Part shown: positions 1 through 12,324 of the stretch, piece after piece
How the letters are laid out: every line of letters begins with the position of its first letter
Numbering within the stretch: the stretch's first letter is position 1
Position numbers and translations under genes: made by a program
Notes under the pieces: model-generated
Databases searched by the model: none
What the model was told of the DNA's origin: nothing
What the model saw: only the letters and a program-made list of their open reading frames with translations
Assembly (NCBI RefSeq): GCF_022539665.2
Contig: NC_081333.1
Coordinates: 1,240,001 to 1,304,000 of the forward strand
Length of the DNA stretch: 64,000 bases
Reading direction: 5' to 3'
Source: Daphnia carinata
Taxonomy: Eukaryota

Positions 1-305
1 CGAATATAATCCGTTCTTTTCCTTCACTTGACATGAAGGCAGCCATTTGGAAAACAATTGATTTGACGTCTGGAACGTGAGCAGCATCTTACGAGCATTT
101 TTAACACTGAAATCCCTCTACTGGTGGGAAGAGGGTTTCACCAGGAAACCAACAGAATCGCTTAAAAACAACAATGACCTAACAAGAAAGATTACAGAAT
201 CATGAATTGCATTTCAACAAAGTAAATACTGTTAGAGTTTTTAAAACAAGCTCATTACAATATAAAGCATACTCTAACACTTTTCTTGATGACCAAATTA
301 GCCAT

Positions 306-2665
306 CTACATTTGCACCTGAAACGTGTTAATTTCTTTTTCACGGTCTGGTAATATGATCTTCATGGAGATAACAGGATTTTTTTTTTTGCTATGCAATG
401 TCTTCTGTACACCTTCTACTGCGCCTGACCTAGGCTCGCAGTCGTAAATCCCATGTTTGTTATTCCCAGCCGACAGTGAAATAATAATCATCGTCCCTTA
501 CAGTCACACTGGCCTTTGCAGGTTGTAGCCGACGTCGGGGCCGTGGTGACACGAAAATTCGGTTTCAGAAGCTTTGAAAATATCAAAATATATCCGTATC
601 AGGAATGGCGTCTACTCATCAACTTAATCGCACCTTGGACGTCTCTGGAACGCATCGTTACATGTTCTTTACCAGGTAATGGTTACTCAGTATCCATCAA
701 GCATACAAGCCATCTCAGTTTAAGTAAGATAATCTCTAGAAGTGATCTGTTTTGCGGGTGTAGCCGGCAATTCAGAATTTCCAACCACACGTAATGCATT
801 AACATTAAGAAGTTAGTTCCGCGCCACTTATTACGCGATTAACCACTTTGCCCACATTTGTTTCTCTCTATGGACAACATGCCTGGATACACGCATACCG
901 GGGGTACTCATCAGTTCAACGGGAGTAAACAGGACGAAGAAAGGTCGTCTGTTATTTTCCAGGCGGAATGTTGGACGATCATCGACCATCGTCGGCAATT
1001 GCAGAACACAAGCTAACAGCGACACGACAGAATCCGATTCTTCTGCTGTCTTCCTCACAACGTCGACTCAGACGGATATGCGAGACTCGGAAATTCAAAC
1101 TGATCCGTGGTGGCATCGATCGGAAGGTACACGGTAAAATCCGATTCCCTTGTCATCGTACACAGTATGTTAGTAGCCTTCGTTCCTTCTGGAAAACGGT
1201 ACACCATAGCGTGACCGGATGCGCGGCCTTGTAAAAAAAACTTGAAAGTTTGTCTGACAGTGGACGTCAAAGCTAAAAGACCCTTTCAATCAACGCACCG
1301 GTTAGCAGTGTGTAGCCCCGCTTGCTGGGACTTAATGGCGTCAACTACGTTCACCGTTAACGGACCCTACCTTAACGTTTCAACTGGATAGCTAGGAGGC
1401 CAGCAACATTCCGTTGTTGGATCAATATTATTGTATAGTAGACAATGAAGCCTCTTTTATTGTTTGTGTTGTTGGACTTGATGGCAGGTGTGCCGCTTCT
1501 TTGCTGCCGTGGATCGCACCGGAAGCTAGAAAGGGCGAAATGGAATGCACGGGTCTATCTTGGACCATTTGAACAACAACAAGAGGAAGATCAAGATGTT
1601 ATACAACAAGAAAGTTTGCCGGAAATGCAAGATAGCGACGCCAGTGTTGGCACGCGAACCCCTGACACGACCCTCGTTAAACAAGTACGTACATTATACA
1701 CAAAACCAATACCGACAGTTGATGCTGCACATGCAAACCATAACGAAGTTTGCGAAGGTTTCGTTTTCGTGCCAAACCCGTGCCAATGTGTAATTGTCCT
1801 CACATTGTATTACCTGGCTCCCATAAGCACTGCGTTAGACAGCGCCCATTTACCCTTTTAGGAGAAGTATCACCAAAACTTGAGCTTGTAAAGATCAACC
1901 GTTCCATGCACAACAAAAATAGCATCGACATTTTGAACGAGCCTGTAGCTACATGTCGACTGCTTGTAACATTACATTTACGTAATTAACTATAAAATTT
2001 TTAGAAGCCTTTGCCAATCCCAGGTAGTTAGAGGATTCAAACTTATCCATTGATCGCCCATCGGAAAACTGGATGTTGGGCTTAGATTTCTGCCTGTATT
2101 CAGCGAAGAAATAATACCATTTAGTCTCTCAACTAGAGATTCTGAGTCCAGTTTTCTGAGCAGCTATGGCTTAAAAACCCTAAAAAAATTTATTATTTTG
2201 ATTTGTTTAGAAAACTGTCAGCTGTGGCCCATCCTATGTCAGCAGAGCTTGTTTCCCCGATCCACTTGATCTCTGGGTGTCAACATATCAAAAGCTACGC
2301 GTTGACGACGAAATTGAGGAGGAAAAGGTCTCAAATACTAGGCAACACAAGATTTGTTTTGCATCTGCATGTTAATATAAAATTTTGTTACTCACACGTA
2401 GATGTCATTGAAGAAAACTCGCTTACGTGAACGCCAGAATCTTCGAAACATGAAGCAGCACAAGCAGCCGACAACTGAATTATACAAAACCTCAGGAAAA
2501 CTCACAACATACCGAATGATCTCGAATCGCGGATGTCGGAAAACTATTCCGAAGTTACCACCCAGCATTCCCAAGCTTGATAATGCTATTCTAGGCGAAG
2601 CACTGGACCATCTCTGTCAGCAAATTCAAGAGCAATTTAAAATAAGGACAACGCTAAGCAAATAA
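306..2665. pseudogene. Degenerate protein-like sequence (possible decayed transposon, viral or gene relic); identity unknown
   Basis: Short protein-like ORFs abut in different frames (minus 1055-1270 runs into 831-1058 by a frameshift; plus 1445-1861, 1545-1793 and 2402-2665). No coherent spliced model and no recognisable domain. Confidence 0.25.
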
Positions 2666-3991
2666 TATTGATTTGCTTCATGGCAGTCAGCATAACAAAG
2701 CATTTCTTTTTCACTGACAAATCTTTTACATGTCCCTCAATAAATGAGAAATTTAACACAGCTAAATGCCATCCCAATAATCCAGCAACGTAAAAAGAAC
2801 CGGTTTATATTCAGAAGGCTAGTCTATAAACCGTCCAAACATGTACACTTAGCATGTAAATAACTACAATTTCCATTACCAGCCCCTATAACAAACCATT
2901 TCTTCACTTTCATTTGTTTCTCATTGCGACACATTGTGCTGTGCCAGACTGTAAAATATGTTGATCACCAGTTTTCTAGGGTGGTAGATAGTATTCCATA
3001 TAGCTGAAAACCAAATTGGGCATACGAAACAGTTTCTGTTGTGATACAGAGTTCGTCGCTTTTTAGTTCAATGCATTTAGACGAGAAGTTCCACCGGTAG
3101 ATACATTCAGACCTACAACACGTTTTAAGCATCTGGAAACAAGTAAACAATTACAAAGGAAGTTCAAATAAGAATCTTAACGAATGTCTAAAGGTAGTTT
3201 TACATTGCAGCTCTGCAGACAGAACTGGCAAAACTATCTATCGTTCATATCAACGGTGATGATTTCACGAAGCCTTAGTTGATATCATTCGAATTTGAAT
3301 AAATTGCTGAACCACAGCTGGTATAAGAGGTAGCCAAGTGTATTATTTTTCCTCGATCCGCACAATCAAAAGGTCTTGAAAATTGAAAAAGAAACTAGGA
3401 GAAACGGGAAATAAAAAATGCCAAGTGAATTCATTTAGATTAGAATAAAGACATTGACCGTGCAGGACAGACAGTAAACTGTGGACCGAATCCCCATTTC
3501 ACAATGCAGAGAAAGGAGATTGAAGTTGGCACCCGTCCACTTTTCACTTCGAATGCTGCGTTTCCTTGCGTTCAAATACTTCGAGACCCCGGGTGAGTTC
3601 TCGTTGAACAGAACAGACATAACGATAAATTGACAACAGCCATGTTGTTTCATACGAGATTATTCTTAACTAATCGTGTTACCTATTGCTAACGTTTGGA
3701 GCATCATTTCAAAGAAATACACGGCTACGACAATTTTCAAATGTATGACAAAACCACATTGAAGATCATACGGCGGATTTTTTCACCCTTCTCTTTCCTT
3801 TACACACACAAATAAGCGGATGATAATATTACGCGCGCTCGTACATGCCCGTGTGCATAGCGCGTGGGGAAATGTAAAGTAGGGAGCGAGGAAATCTACT
3901 CAGTTCACCATGGTGAATTGACATCAGAAAAAAAAACAAATGAATTTTCTTTTTTTAAAAAATAAGCTTTAGTTTATGCGCCAGTAGAATC

Positions 3992-4993
3992 TTATGACAA
4001 ATCTGAAAGTAAATAAATACATTAATTTCTGGTACTATTTAAAAACGAATTATCTCTTACAAGACGGTGCTGCATTGGCCTCGAAACGCTTCTGTAGCTG
4101 GTCCTGAGTAAACTTAACAAACGCGTCATACTGCTCCGCAAGTTTCAGCGTCAATACCCGATCATATTCTTCGCGAATTTCCGTTTCGCGTTCTTTCAGC
4201 ATTCTCTCACAGATGAGACTCACCTATTAACAAATTAACAATTTAAGTCATATTCTCCCTTTCCCAAGTTTGATATGCTCTTTCACAACTATTTGTTTGA
4301 GTAATTGGAGGACAGAATGCCGTACATGACACACCCTGTTACTATGACACTCATGTTATGTATGGCATATGCTGGAAGAGGCTCAACAAACCTACAGCAG
4401 AACACTGAGTTTTGTTAAGACACATGGTACTGGAAATACCAAGCTCAATGAAATCCAGCACTACCAAACTGTCAGCATAAAATGAGATGAACACATTACC
4501 TGCTTAAATGTGAACAAAGGTTTCTCTTTAGTTGAGCAGCTTTGACCAAAATGATTTGAGGAAGAAGCCAGGGCCATCAATGGAGAAGGTGATCGAGGGC
4601 ATGAGGCAGGGGAAGCAGGACTTGTAGGGCTCTCACACATCAAACTGTCTTGATGTTGGCTGCTCATATGCTGGGATTGGCTCTGATTGAAGTTTAGTTG
4701 TTTACGACGTTGGAAACGTTTCACTTCTTCGCGGACATTAGCCAATATTTGCTCTAGTGATAGGAAACACCATTAAATTCTGATATTTTTTCTGAGACAT
4801 TAGATGAAGTTTGTAGGTTACCTGGAGTCAATTTTGAAGCAACTTCGCCAAACGGAGAAGGTTCGTGGCACTTTGTTGGTGGAGTAGTGGGAGGCATGCA
4901 AATAGGCATACATCTCCTCCGTTTAGGAGTGCGGCCACCGGGACTGTGCACGGGATCGAATTCCAAACTACGTTTCAACGTAACACAAGCCAT
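3992..4993 (-). CDS. akirin: Akirin (nuclear NF-kB/proteasome-import cofactor), 4 exons
   Basis: [14 protein letters not shown]...PKRRRC N-terminus; [21 protein letters not shown]...[15 protein letters not shown]...PSYLS* C-terminus. Exons 4993-4822, 4753-4500, ~4223-4061, ~4002-3992, all with GT-AG ends. Confidence 0.96.
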
Positions 4994-5789
4994 CTTCTCT
5001 TTGTACCAGAATTTCTTGAGAGCTTCCCAAACGGTCAGACAATGCTTAGTGGAATTTACACTTTAGTTCTCTAGGATGGCTGTCAATGTATCTGGATTCC
5101 ACAACGGTTACACTGGAAAATACAAGAAACACGAAAACGTCGTAATATGGTGAAACTGCTAGCGGATGAATTGTGATAAAATATCCAATAGGCCTTCCAA
5201 GAAATTTCGTTCAGCTTCGTCCATTAGACTCTACTACTAGCGTTCATTGGCTGGTCTAGGCTTGCCTGCCTTCGCCTAAGGGAAAGCAGGGTGCATCGTT
5301 GCCAGCTTGCATATTACAAGGAGCTATTCCCCGCGGGATCATAAAAACAACAAAAAAAGCCACGTCGACAACCGTAAAACAATTTTATTAAAATTTACCC
5401 AGTTGTTTTTTCTTTTAAACTGAATACAGGTGAAATATTAGCTTGAAAACTAAAAATTACAAAGGTAATTAGGTATAATTTCTAAAACAATAGCGGACGA
5501 AACCTTGCATTTCTTTGGCGCCTTACATGCTGTTCGCATTTCACTGCAGGTATTTCAATAAAGTCAAACAAATTACATTTTTATGACTGATGAGTCTATC
5601 AAACGATTTATTTCCTGAATGCACGTGTATCAAATTAAGAAATTTGTGCTATTTTAATTTTAACCAGTTACATGCCAAAAGGTGGCGTCGATGTAAATTG
5701 TATGTGATGCCAGCAGACCAGACCCGGCAGATAGCTGTCATGTGACAAGTGGTCATCTGTTTTTTAGTTAATTTAGTTAAATTCTATCG

Positions 5790-6797
5790 ATGATGGGCAT
5801 TCTTCGGCTCTTCTATGTGATCCTGCATTTTTTTATCACATATATTCACAATCTTCATGTGGCGCTAAGTGAGCTGGTTGACCGTATCAAACCAGTTATT
5901 AAGGATCGGACTTACCATTGGCCGGCTGACTGCCATGTCTTGCTAACTGCCACGACTGTAAAATTAGGTGCAAATATAAAAGACGAAAGTCTTCTCTTAC
6001 AAAAAATAGGAAGTGAACTGAAACGACTTAACAAACTCCCCATTCATGTTGCTTGCCTACTTACCGAAAAAGATGTAAACATCGATAGAATGATTGTTAT
6101 TATTGAGTGGTTTGTTAGTATGGGTGTATATTGCATCAGTCTTTATGATCATGAAGGTAATAATTTGGTTTTGTCCATGAAATTTTACTACAAAAGTCTT
6201 CAATTTTAGGTTGTATAGCTAGCTGCCAAGATGAAATCAAAATTAAATTGAAAGGGGTTGTTGCAAATTTACCCAATGGATTAAGATCAAAATCTATTGC
6301 AGTTCATAAAGGGTTTGTAAAAAAGGAATTCTTCACTTCAGGTACCAAGGCATTAATTTTTATGTATTTTATATTATCATCAGTACAAGTATGTGTATTT
6401 TTTTATAGATTCCATCAATGTTTTCCTAATGAATCGCTATGATGGCAAATCATTGTTTACCCAAGTTGCACAGAGAATAGTGGATGAACTGAATTACTCA
6501 CAAATTGATCAGAGTGTTGTTGAACAGGCCATGAATCAATTTTATCCTAAAGAACCAGAACTAATGGTACAGTTTGGCAGTTTACTTTCCAATACTACAC
6601 TAGGATACTCTCCATGGCATCTTAGATTGACACAGATGATGTAAAAAGAATTCAATTTTTTAAAACAAATTTTACAAATTAATCATAGTTGAATGTTTTT
6701 GTTTAGGCGTGTACCCAATCATACGCGATTACGAGTTGATCATTTAGTTTCAACTATGCTTGAGTATGGATCATGCCAACAACGTTTCGGGAAATAA
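5790..6797 (+). CDS. NUS1: NUS1/Nogo-B receptor, non-catalytic subunit of dehydrodolichyl diphosphate synthase, 4 exons
   Basis: Hydrophobic N-terminus, KLPIHVACLL, GVYCISLYDHEG, EPELMVQFG...TLGYSPWHLRLTQ, and the diagnostic C-terminal CQQRFGK* (RxG motif). Lacks the DGNRR catalytic motif. Confidence 0.92.
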
Positions 6798-6926
6798 ACC
6801 AATGTTACTATTTCAGACATTTTCGAATTGTATTAACTTCCTATTACATAAGGTTATTTAATTGCTCAACGAATTTCCAGTATATTTATTACTTACGCAC
6901 CAAACATTCACATTCTTTGGATAACC

Positions 6927-9874
6927 TTAAATTCTATTTCTCCTATCTTTCGAACTTGCTCTGTCATTTCCTTTATTTCCACTAGACTTCCTATCATTAG
7001 AACGCGATCTTCTTCGACTTACAGAACGCCTACGATCACGAGATCTGCGGCGACTATTAGAACGTTTTCGTTCTCGAGAACGTGATCGACGTTTGCTCTT
7101 TGACGAGTAGTAGTCTCTTGATCGTCGGCTAGAATACTGATCGTCCCTAGAACGAGAGCGTTTTCTTCTTTCGGGAGTACGCGATCTTTGACGAGAACGA
7201 CTTGTTCTTGTATTAGATCGATCCTGAGATTTATGTGGCACACTACTACTACATTCCCTAACCACGGAAATTTTGAAATCAGAAACCTTTTCATTCTTCA
7301 CAGACGAGTTTTGTGACGTACTCAGCGTTTCCACGTGGCTCAGACCTAAAATGATTGCAGACAATTAAATTCAATACGAGTCACTTAAAAATGCATAAAC
7401 TGGCTATAGGCTGAAGCAATCTCCAATCGTCTATGCAAATAGAGATGGGAAGGTACGGAAAAAGATTCACGTGGAAAGGACGTTTTTTTTTCGCTTACCA
7501 TGTGAAAGTTTATTAGTGATGTCCGTGTCTACCTTTGTGCCACCTTGCAGTATTTTATTTACGTCATTCCCACTGCACTCATTTTGTTCTAACTCAACTG
7601 AGTGTGAAATCTTTGCAGATTGAGCCATTTCAACCTGGGAGACCTCTCCGTCGCGCCCCATCCGGCTTTCCCCTATCCGACCTTGCTTCTCGTAGTTCTT
7701 ACCCTAAGAACAATAAGATTATGTTATAAAATTTTAAGTTGCTTAACACAATACCCAAGTTGGCTTACGCGGAAAGGTTGAATTCCAGAGTCCTCAAATC
7801 CACCTGTCCGATGCGCCTTAGTTATCTCCTGATCGCTGTCATCGCTTCCACTGTCACTGCCATATTGGTCCAAACCTTAAAAGTATAATTATCTAGGCTA
7901 TCAATCCACATCATCGCTTTGAAAATACTACAACCAATTCAACAGTTGGCCAAAAACAATACTGCTTTAATGGCGTCACTTTTTTTTAGCGACAGCGCAA
8001 CAACAGTTGACCTTTCAAATGCACATACTCGACCGTTGATAGAAAAAGAAAAGAAAATCGGTGAAAAATTAGAAACTTACCGATAAGTTTTCGGGTCAAT
8101 GATTTCGAAGACAGAGGGGACTGCGCTTGACGATTCTTGACTGTAGCCGATATATAACCAACTTATACAACTTTTACCAACAACCACTTCTAATAACATA
8201 ACAGTTTTCGCTAGAAAACCATTTTCACTCAAATTAATCAGATTAATTTCTCCAGCAAGTAAACATGAGCGTTTCTTACTGTAGTAATCGCTGGAGCTTG
8301 TCTAATTTGAATATAAAACTAATCAAACTAAGAATGCGAGACTTGCCCTTTGCTTGTTGGGATGCTTCCAAAGCTGCTGAGCGAATTTCTTCCGTAGTAA
8401 CTTCCAGTAATATTTCGGTCATAAATTTTCGAATCCTCACCATCTATAAATAGACTCATAAGTTGCAATCGATACTTTCGCACGTTTTACCTTACTTACC
8501 GTCTCTTCAAGAGTAGCTGTGCTGGATACAACTGCCGGTGGTAATGACTGTTCAGGGGAAGCTTCTGCTTCATCTGCATCATTTTCATCCTCTTCCGAAT
8601 CATCGAAACGACTCCTAACTGTTGTCGAGTCCCCTTGATTTCTAGCTTCGAATTCTTTTTTGCGCTTCAATTCTCTCTCCATGAGAAATTTTTCGCGTTC
8701 CTCTTTCTTTTGTTTTTCCTTTTCCATTTTTTCCAAACCTTCTCGGATCCAGGCAGGTAAATTCTTGCGCTTCGATGCATCCAACGTATGCAAAGAGTTA
8801 AAAGACGTAGCTCCAAGGCTGTCTTCGTCGGAGCTATTTGGTCTTACGGACGGCAGTGGAAGAAGAGGAACACGCGGATTAAAATTCAAGGAAGATGAAG
8901 TCGTTGAAAGGAATGTCTGCAATACAGAAACAACTCGGTTGTATAGATCATTCTTGAATATTAACGAATTTTAATGTTGTCAAATGAAACTTAAGTTTCA
9001 ATAAACCTGTGAGTACCACCAGTTTAAGGTCTGGTTTAAGCACACTGCTAAGGAAAGTCTTATTTATCAGGCACGTCTTAGACATATACACACCTGGGGA
9101 GGACCAAGTGCTGCAGGAAGATTTGCAGCTCCCTGAATGGTGGGAACCTGCTTTAATAAGAAAAGTACTGATGCTGTAGTAATGCTTTTTCTCTGTAGTA
9201 ATCATGGTGGTTTTCTAGAATTTCTGTAAGTCACATTGAACTACTCAATATGACTCACATAATTTCTGTTATAATAACTATGCCCACAATCAAGTAATCA
9301 TGCTTGCTGAAATGGTGAAAGATACATATATTGATATATTATTTCAAGATAAATATGTTTATTACTTGGGGAAATGTATGTCTGGGAACATAAGTTCCTT
9401 GCTGTAAAGGCCAGTTATGAGTTTGCTGGCTTGAAGATTGAGAAGGCCAGCTCCAATCTACATTATTTATCCACATTAGAAGGACTTGGAAAATTATACA
9501 AAGTCTTTTCCATTACCAGGTGTAGAAGGCATTACTTCATCTTCTTTTTCTACATCCATAGGTGCTTCCCCACTTGTTACACTAGAATCTGAAGGTTGCA
9601 ATTCCACTCCTGATAATGTCCGTAATGAATTAAGATTGCTGGGGAAATTATTTTGTGACATTTCAGGAACGTTTAGAACAACAGTTTCATGAACTTCCTT
9701 CATCCTGATCCACTGTTGCGCCAAAGATGCCCAGTCCACTAAAGAATATGCATAAGTGAAAAATTCTTGCAAATATTACCAACCCTGATTTTATTTACCG
9801 AGCTCATGATTCATATTTTGATATGTGGCTGCATCCAGAGGTATCTGGTTCCACTGATTACCTTGCGCCCACAT
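6927..9874 (-). CDS. PNISR: Arginine/serine-rich protein PNISR (SFRS18/SRrp130), multi-exon
   Basis: VDWASLAQQWIRMKE, LDASKRKNLPAWIREGLEKMEKEKQKK, MTEILLEVTTEEI, GLDQYGSDS and a C-terminal RS domain. ATG at 9874 (MWAQGNQW). Confidence 0.93.
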
Positions 9875-10607
9875 TTTTAATATTGATATTTTAAACTGTA
9901 GATCACTAGCACGTACTAGCAATAGGACATTGAAAAATCAATTCGAATTCAACTAGGTTGCAAATCCAATAATATCACTGACATCAAATGTGTTACTTGA
10001 GAAAGGACCGGTTATACATGTGATGGAATGTCAGAAACTGAAAAGCAATTAATGATAAATTCTATCATTACGGTAATTTTATGTAAACAATCTGACTTAG
10101 TCGGGAAATAGTTAACAGACAGTATATCACAACGATCCGAAAACCTAAAATAAATTTTTTCGGCGAAAATGTTGTCTGCTTTCGCTGCCGCTCCGACGAT
10201 GCCAGATTTTTCTAGTTTCAGATTCGGAGCAGAATGGCAAATCTTCAGCCGGAAACCGAAATGACACTCTAGTAAGTCGCTTCACCTCCTACCATTCGTT
10301 TCTCTCCATTCCAGAATCATGGCCCAAAGTTAGTAATTTGGTTATCACTAATCGAGATCGTTATGCTCAACGTAGTCTTATTCTAGAAACCCGTGTTTTA
10401 TACTAAATGCTGGACGTGACTAAGAAAGACTTGAGTATGGTGGACAGTGCCTTGACTACGTGGGATATCAAATGACTTATTTTCATGAAGCTACTTATCT
10501 CTTCAAGCAAGAGGATGGGCAGCTGAAGTTACCAGTTTTATCACAGGAGATACGTCCAGCGTACCAGTCACTTTGTAAGCTGTACTCCTCCAAGTCGTTT
10601 CGTCGAA

Positions 10608-12209
10608 ATGAAGTGGGCTCAGTCCGTCATCGTTACTTTACGTACAATTCGTACGTTATCTACCATAGTTACGTGCCATGCAAGGCATAGGCGAATGCTC
10701 GTTAGGTAAGTGATGAATATCTAAAAAAAAAAAAATTTATTAATTGCTGTTGATTCATTCTCCATTTGGATAAACAGGTTTGCTGGACTCGGATTAGGAG
10801 CTGCTACGTTAACGACCGTTGCTGCAGCAAGTGGCAATACGAATGCGGACGTGCTCACTCCATTTCTTGATGTTTCCTCCTTCATGGCGGAACCAGTTAC
10901 CCCACTTTCAACACTTGTTAAAGATAAAGATGACATGAAAGTTAAGATGGAAATGCTCATCATGAAGATTCAGGTATAATCTGATGTTTTATGTATTCAA
11001 AGGAAGACTACCTAAGATTTCTGTCAGTACAGGCAGATTTTTGCCGTGCGCTTGAAAATGAGGAAGATCCTTCAAACAGATTTATCGTTGATCGATGGAC
11101 GCGTGCAGAAGGAGGAGGTGGAGTTACTTGTGTTATTCAAAATGGCAAGACCTTCGAAAAAGCTGGTGTCAATGTATCGGTAGTGCATGGTATTCTCCCT
11201 GTTGATGCTGTGCGCCAGATGAAAGCTCGCGGAAAAGAATTAATTGGTAAAGAGTTGCCATTCTTCGCGGCCGGTATTAGTTCAGTAATTCACCCAAGTA
11301 ATCCTCATGTGCCTACTGTCCACTTCAACTATCGCTATTTTGAGGTCACCCAAGAAAATGGAGAAAAGATGGTATGCTTTCGAAATTCTTACTTTACACA
11401 ACTAATGATTAAAGATAGATAAAGTGCTAACATTATTACTTTAGTGGTGGTTCGGTGGTGGTACAGACCTTACTCCGTATTATTTAGTTGAGGAAGATGT
11501 ACAGCATTTCCATTCGACACTGAAAAAGGCGTGTGATCTGCATGACGCTGGCTATTATCCAAAATTCAAAAAGTGGTGTGACGAGTACTTTTTGGTCAGT
11601 CATCGTAACGAGTCTCGAGGAGTGGGTGGTATATTCTTCGACGATTTTGAGATGCATTCGCAGGAAGATTGTTTCAATTTTATTAAGTCATGCGCCGAGT
11701 CCGTGATACCGTCATACGTTCCGTTGGGTAAGAGTTCTAAATTTCTGGGATAACTTTGGTAAATTTTTGACTCGTTTTTCTTTGGTTATCTTTTTCGCAC
11801 ACATTATAGTAAAAAAACACAGAAACGACCCTTATACTGGCGCCGAGCGTGACTGGCAACTTTTGCGACGAGGACGATATGTGGAATTCAATTTAGTCTA
11901 CGATCGTAAATATTTTTTTGTCAATTTTATTTGCATTTTTGTTTGAAACAAATTTGAACTCCTATAAGGTGGGACAAAGTTTGGACTTTATACTCCGGGC
12001 GCTCGTATAGAGAGTATTCTGATGTCTCTTCCAGTTTATGCCGTGAGTTCTTTGCAGAGCACAGTATCTTCTACTCACATGGGAAACTATTATTATTTTT
12101 TTTCGCTTTTTTCTTTTTTCAGAAATGGGAATACATGCATTCTCCCTCTGATGGAACCCCAGAAGCCAAACTTACGGAGATATTAAAAAACCCTAAAGAA
12201 TGGATCTGA
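10608..12209 (+). CDS. CPOX: Coproporphyrinogen III oxidase (aerobic), mitochondrial
   Basis: [90 protein letters not shown]. The start ATG at 10608 is inferred from an Arg-rich, acid-free presequence-like first exon. Confidence 0.95.
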
Positions 12210-12324
12210 TTGCTGGAAAACCACATTCACTTAGTCATAAATGTGCAACTTTCTGTGTAACTTCCCCAGCACTATTTCTATATATTTTAACATAGATTGG
12301 AAACAATAAACGGGTAAGAAAGGT

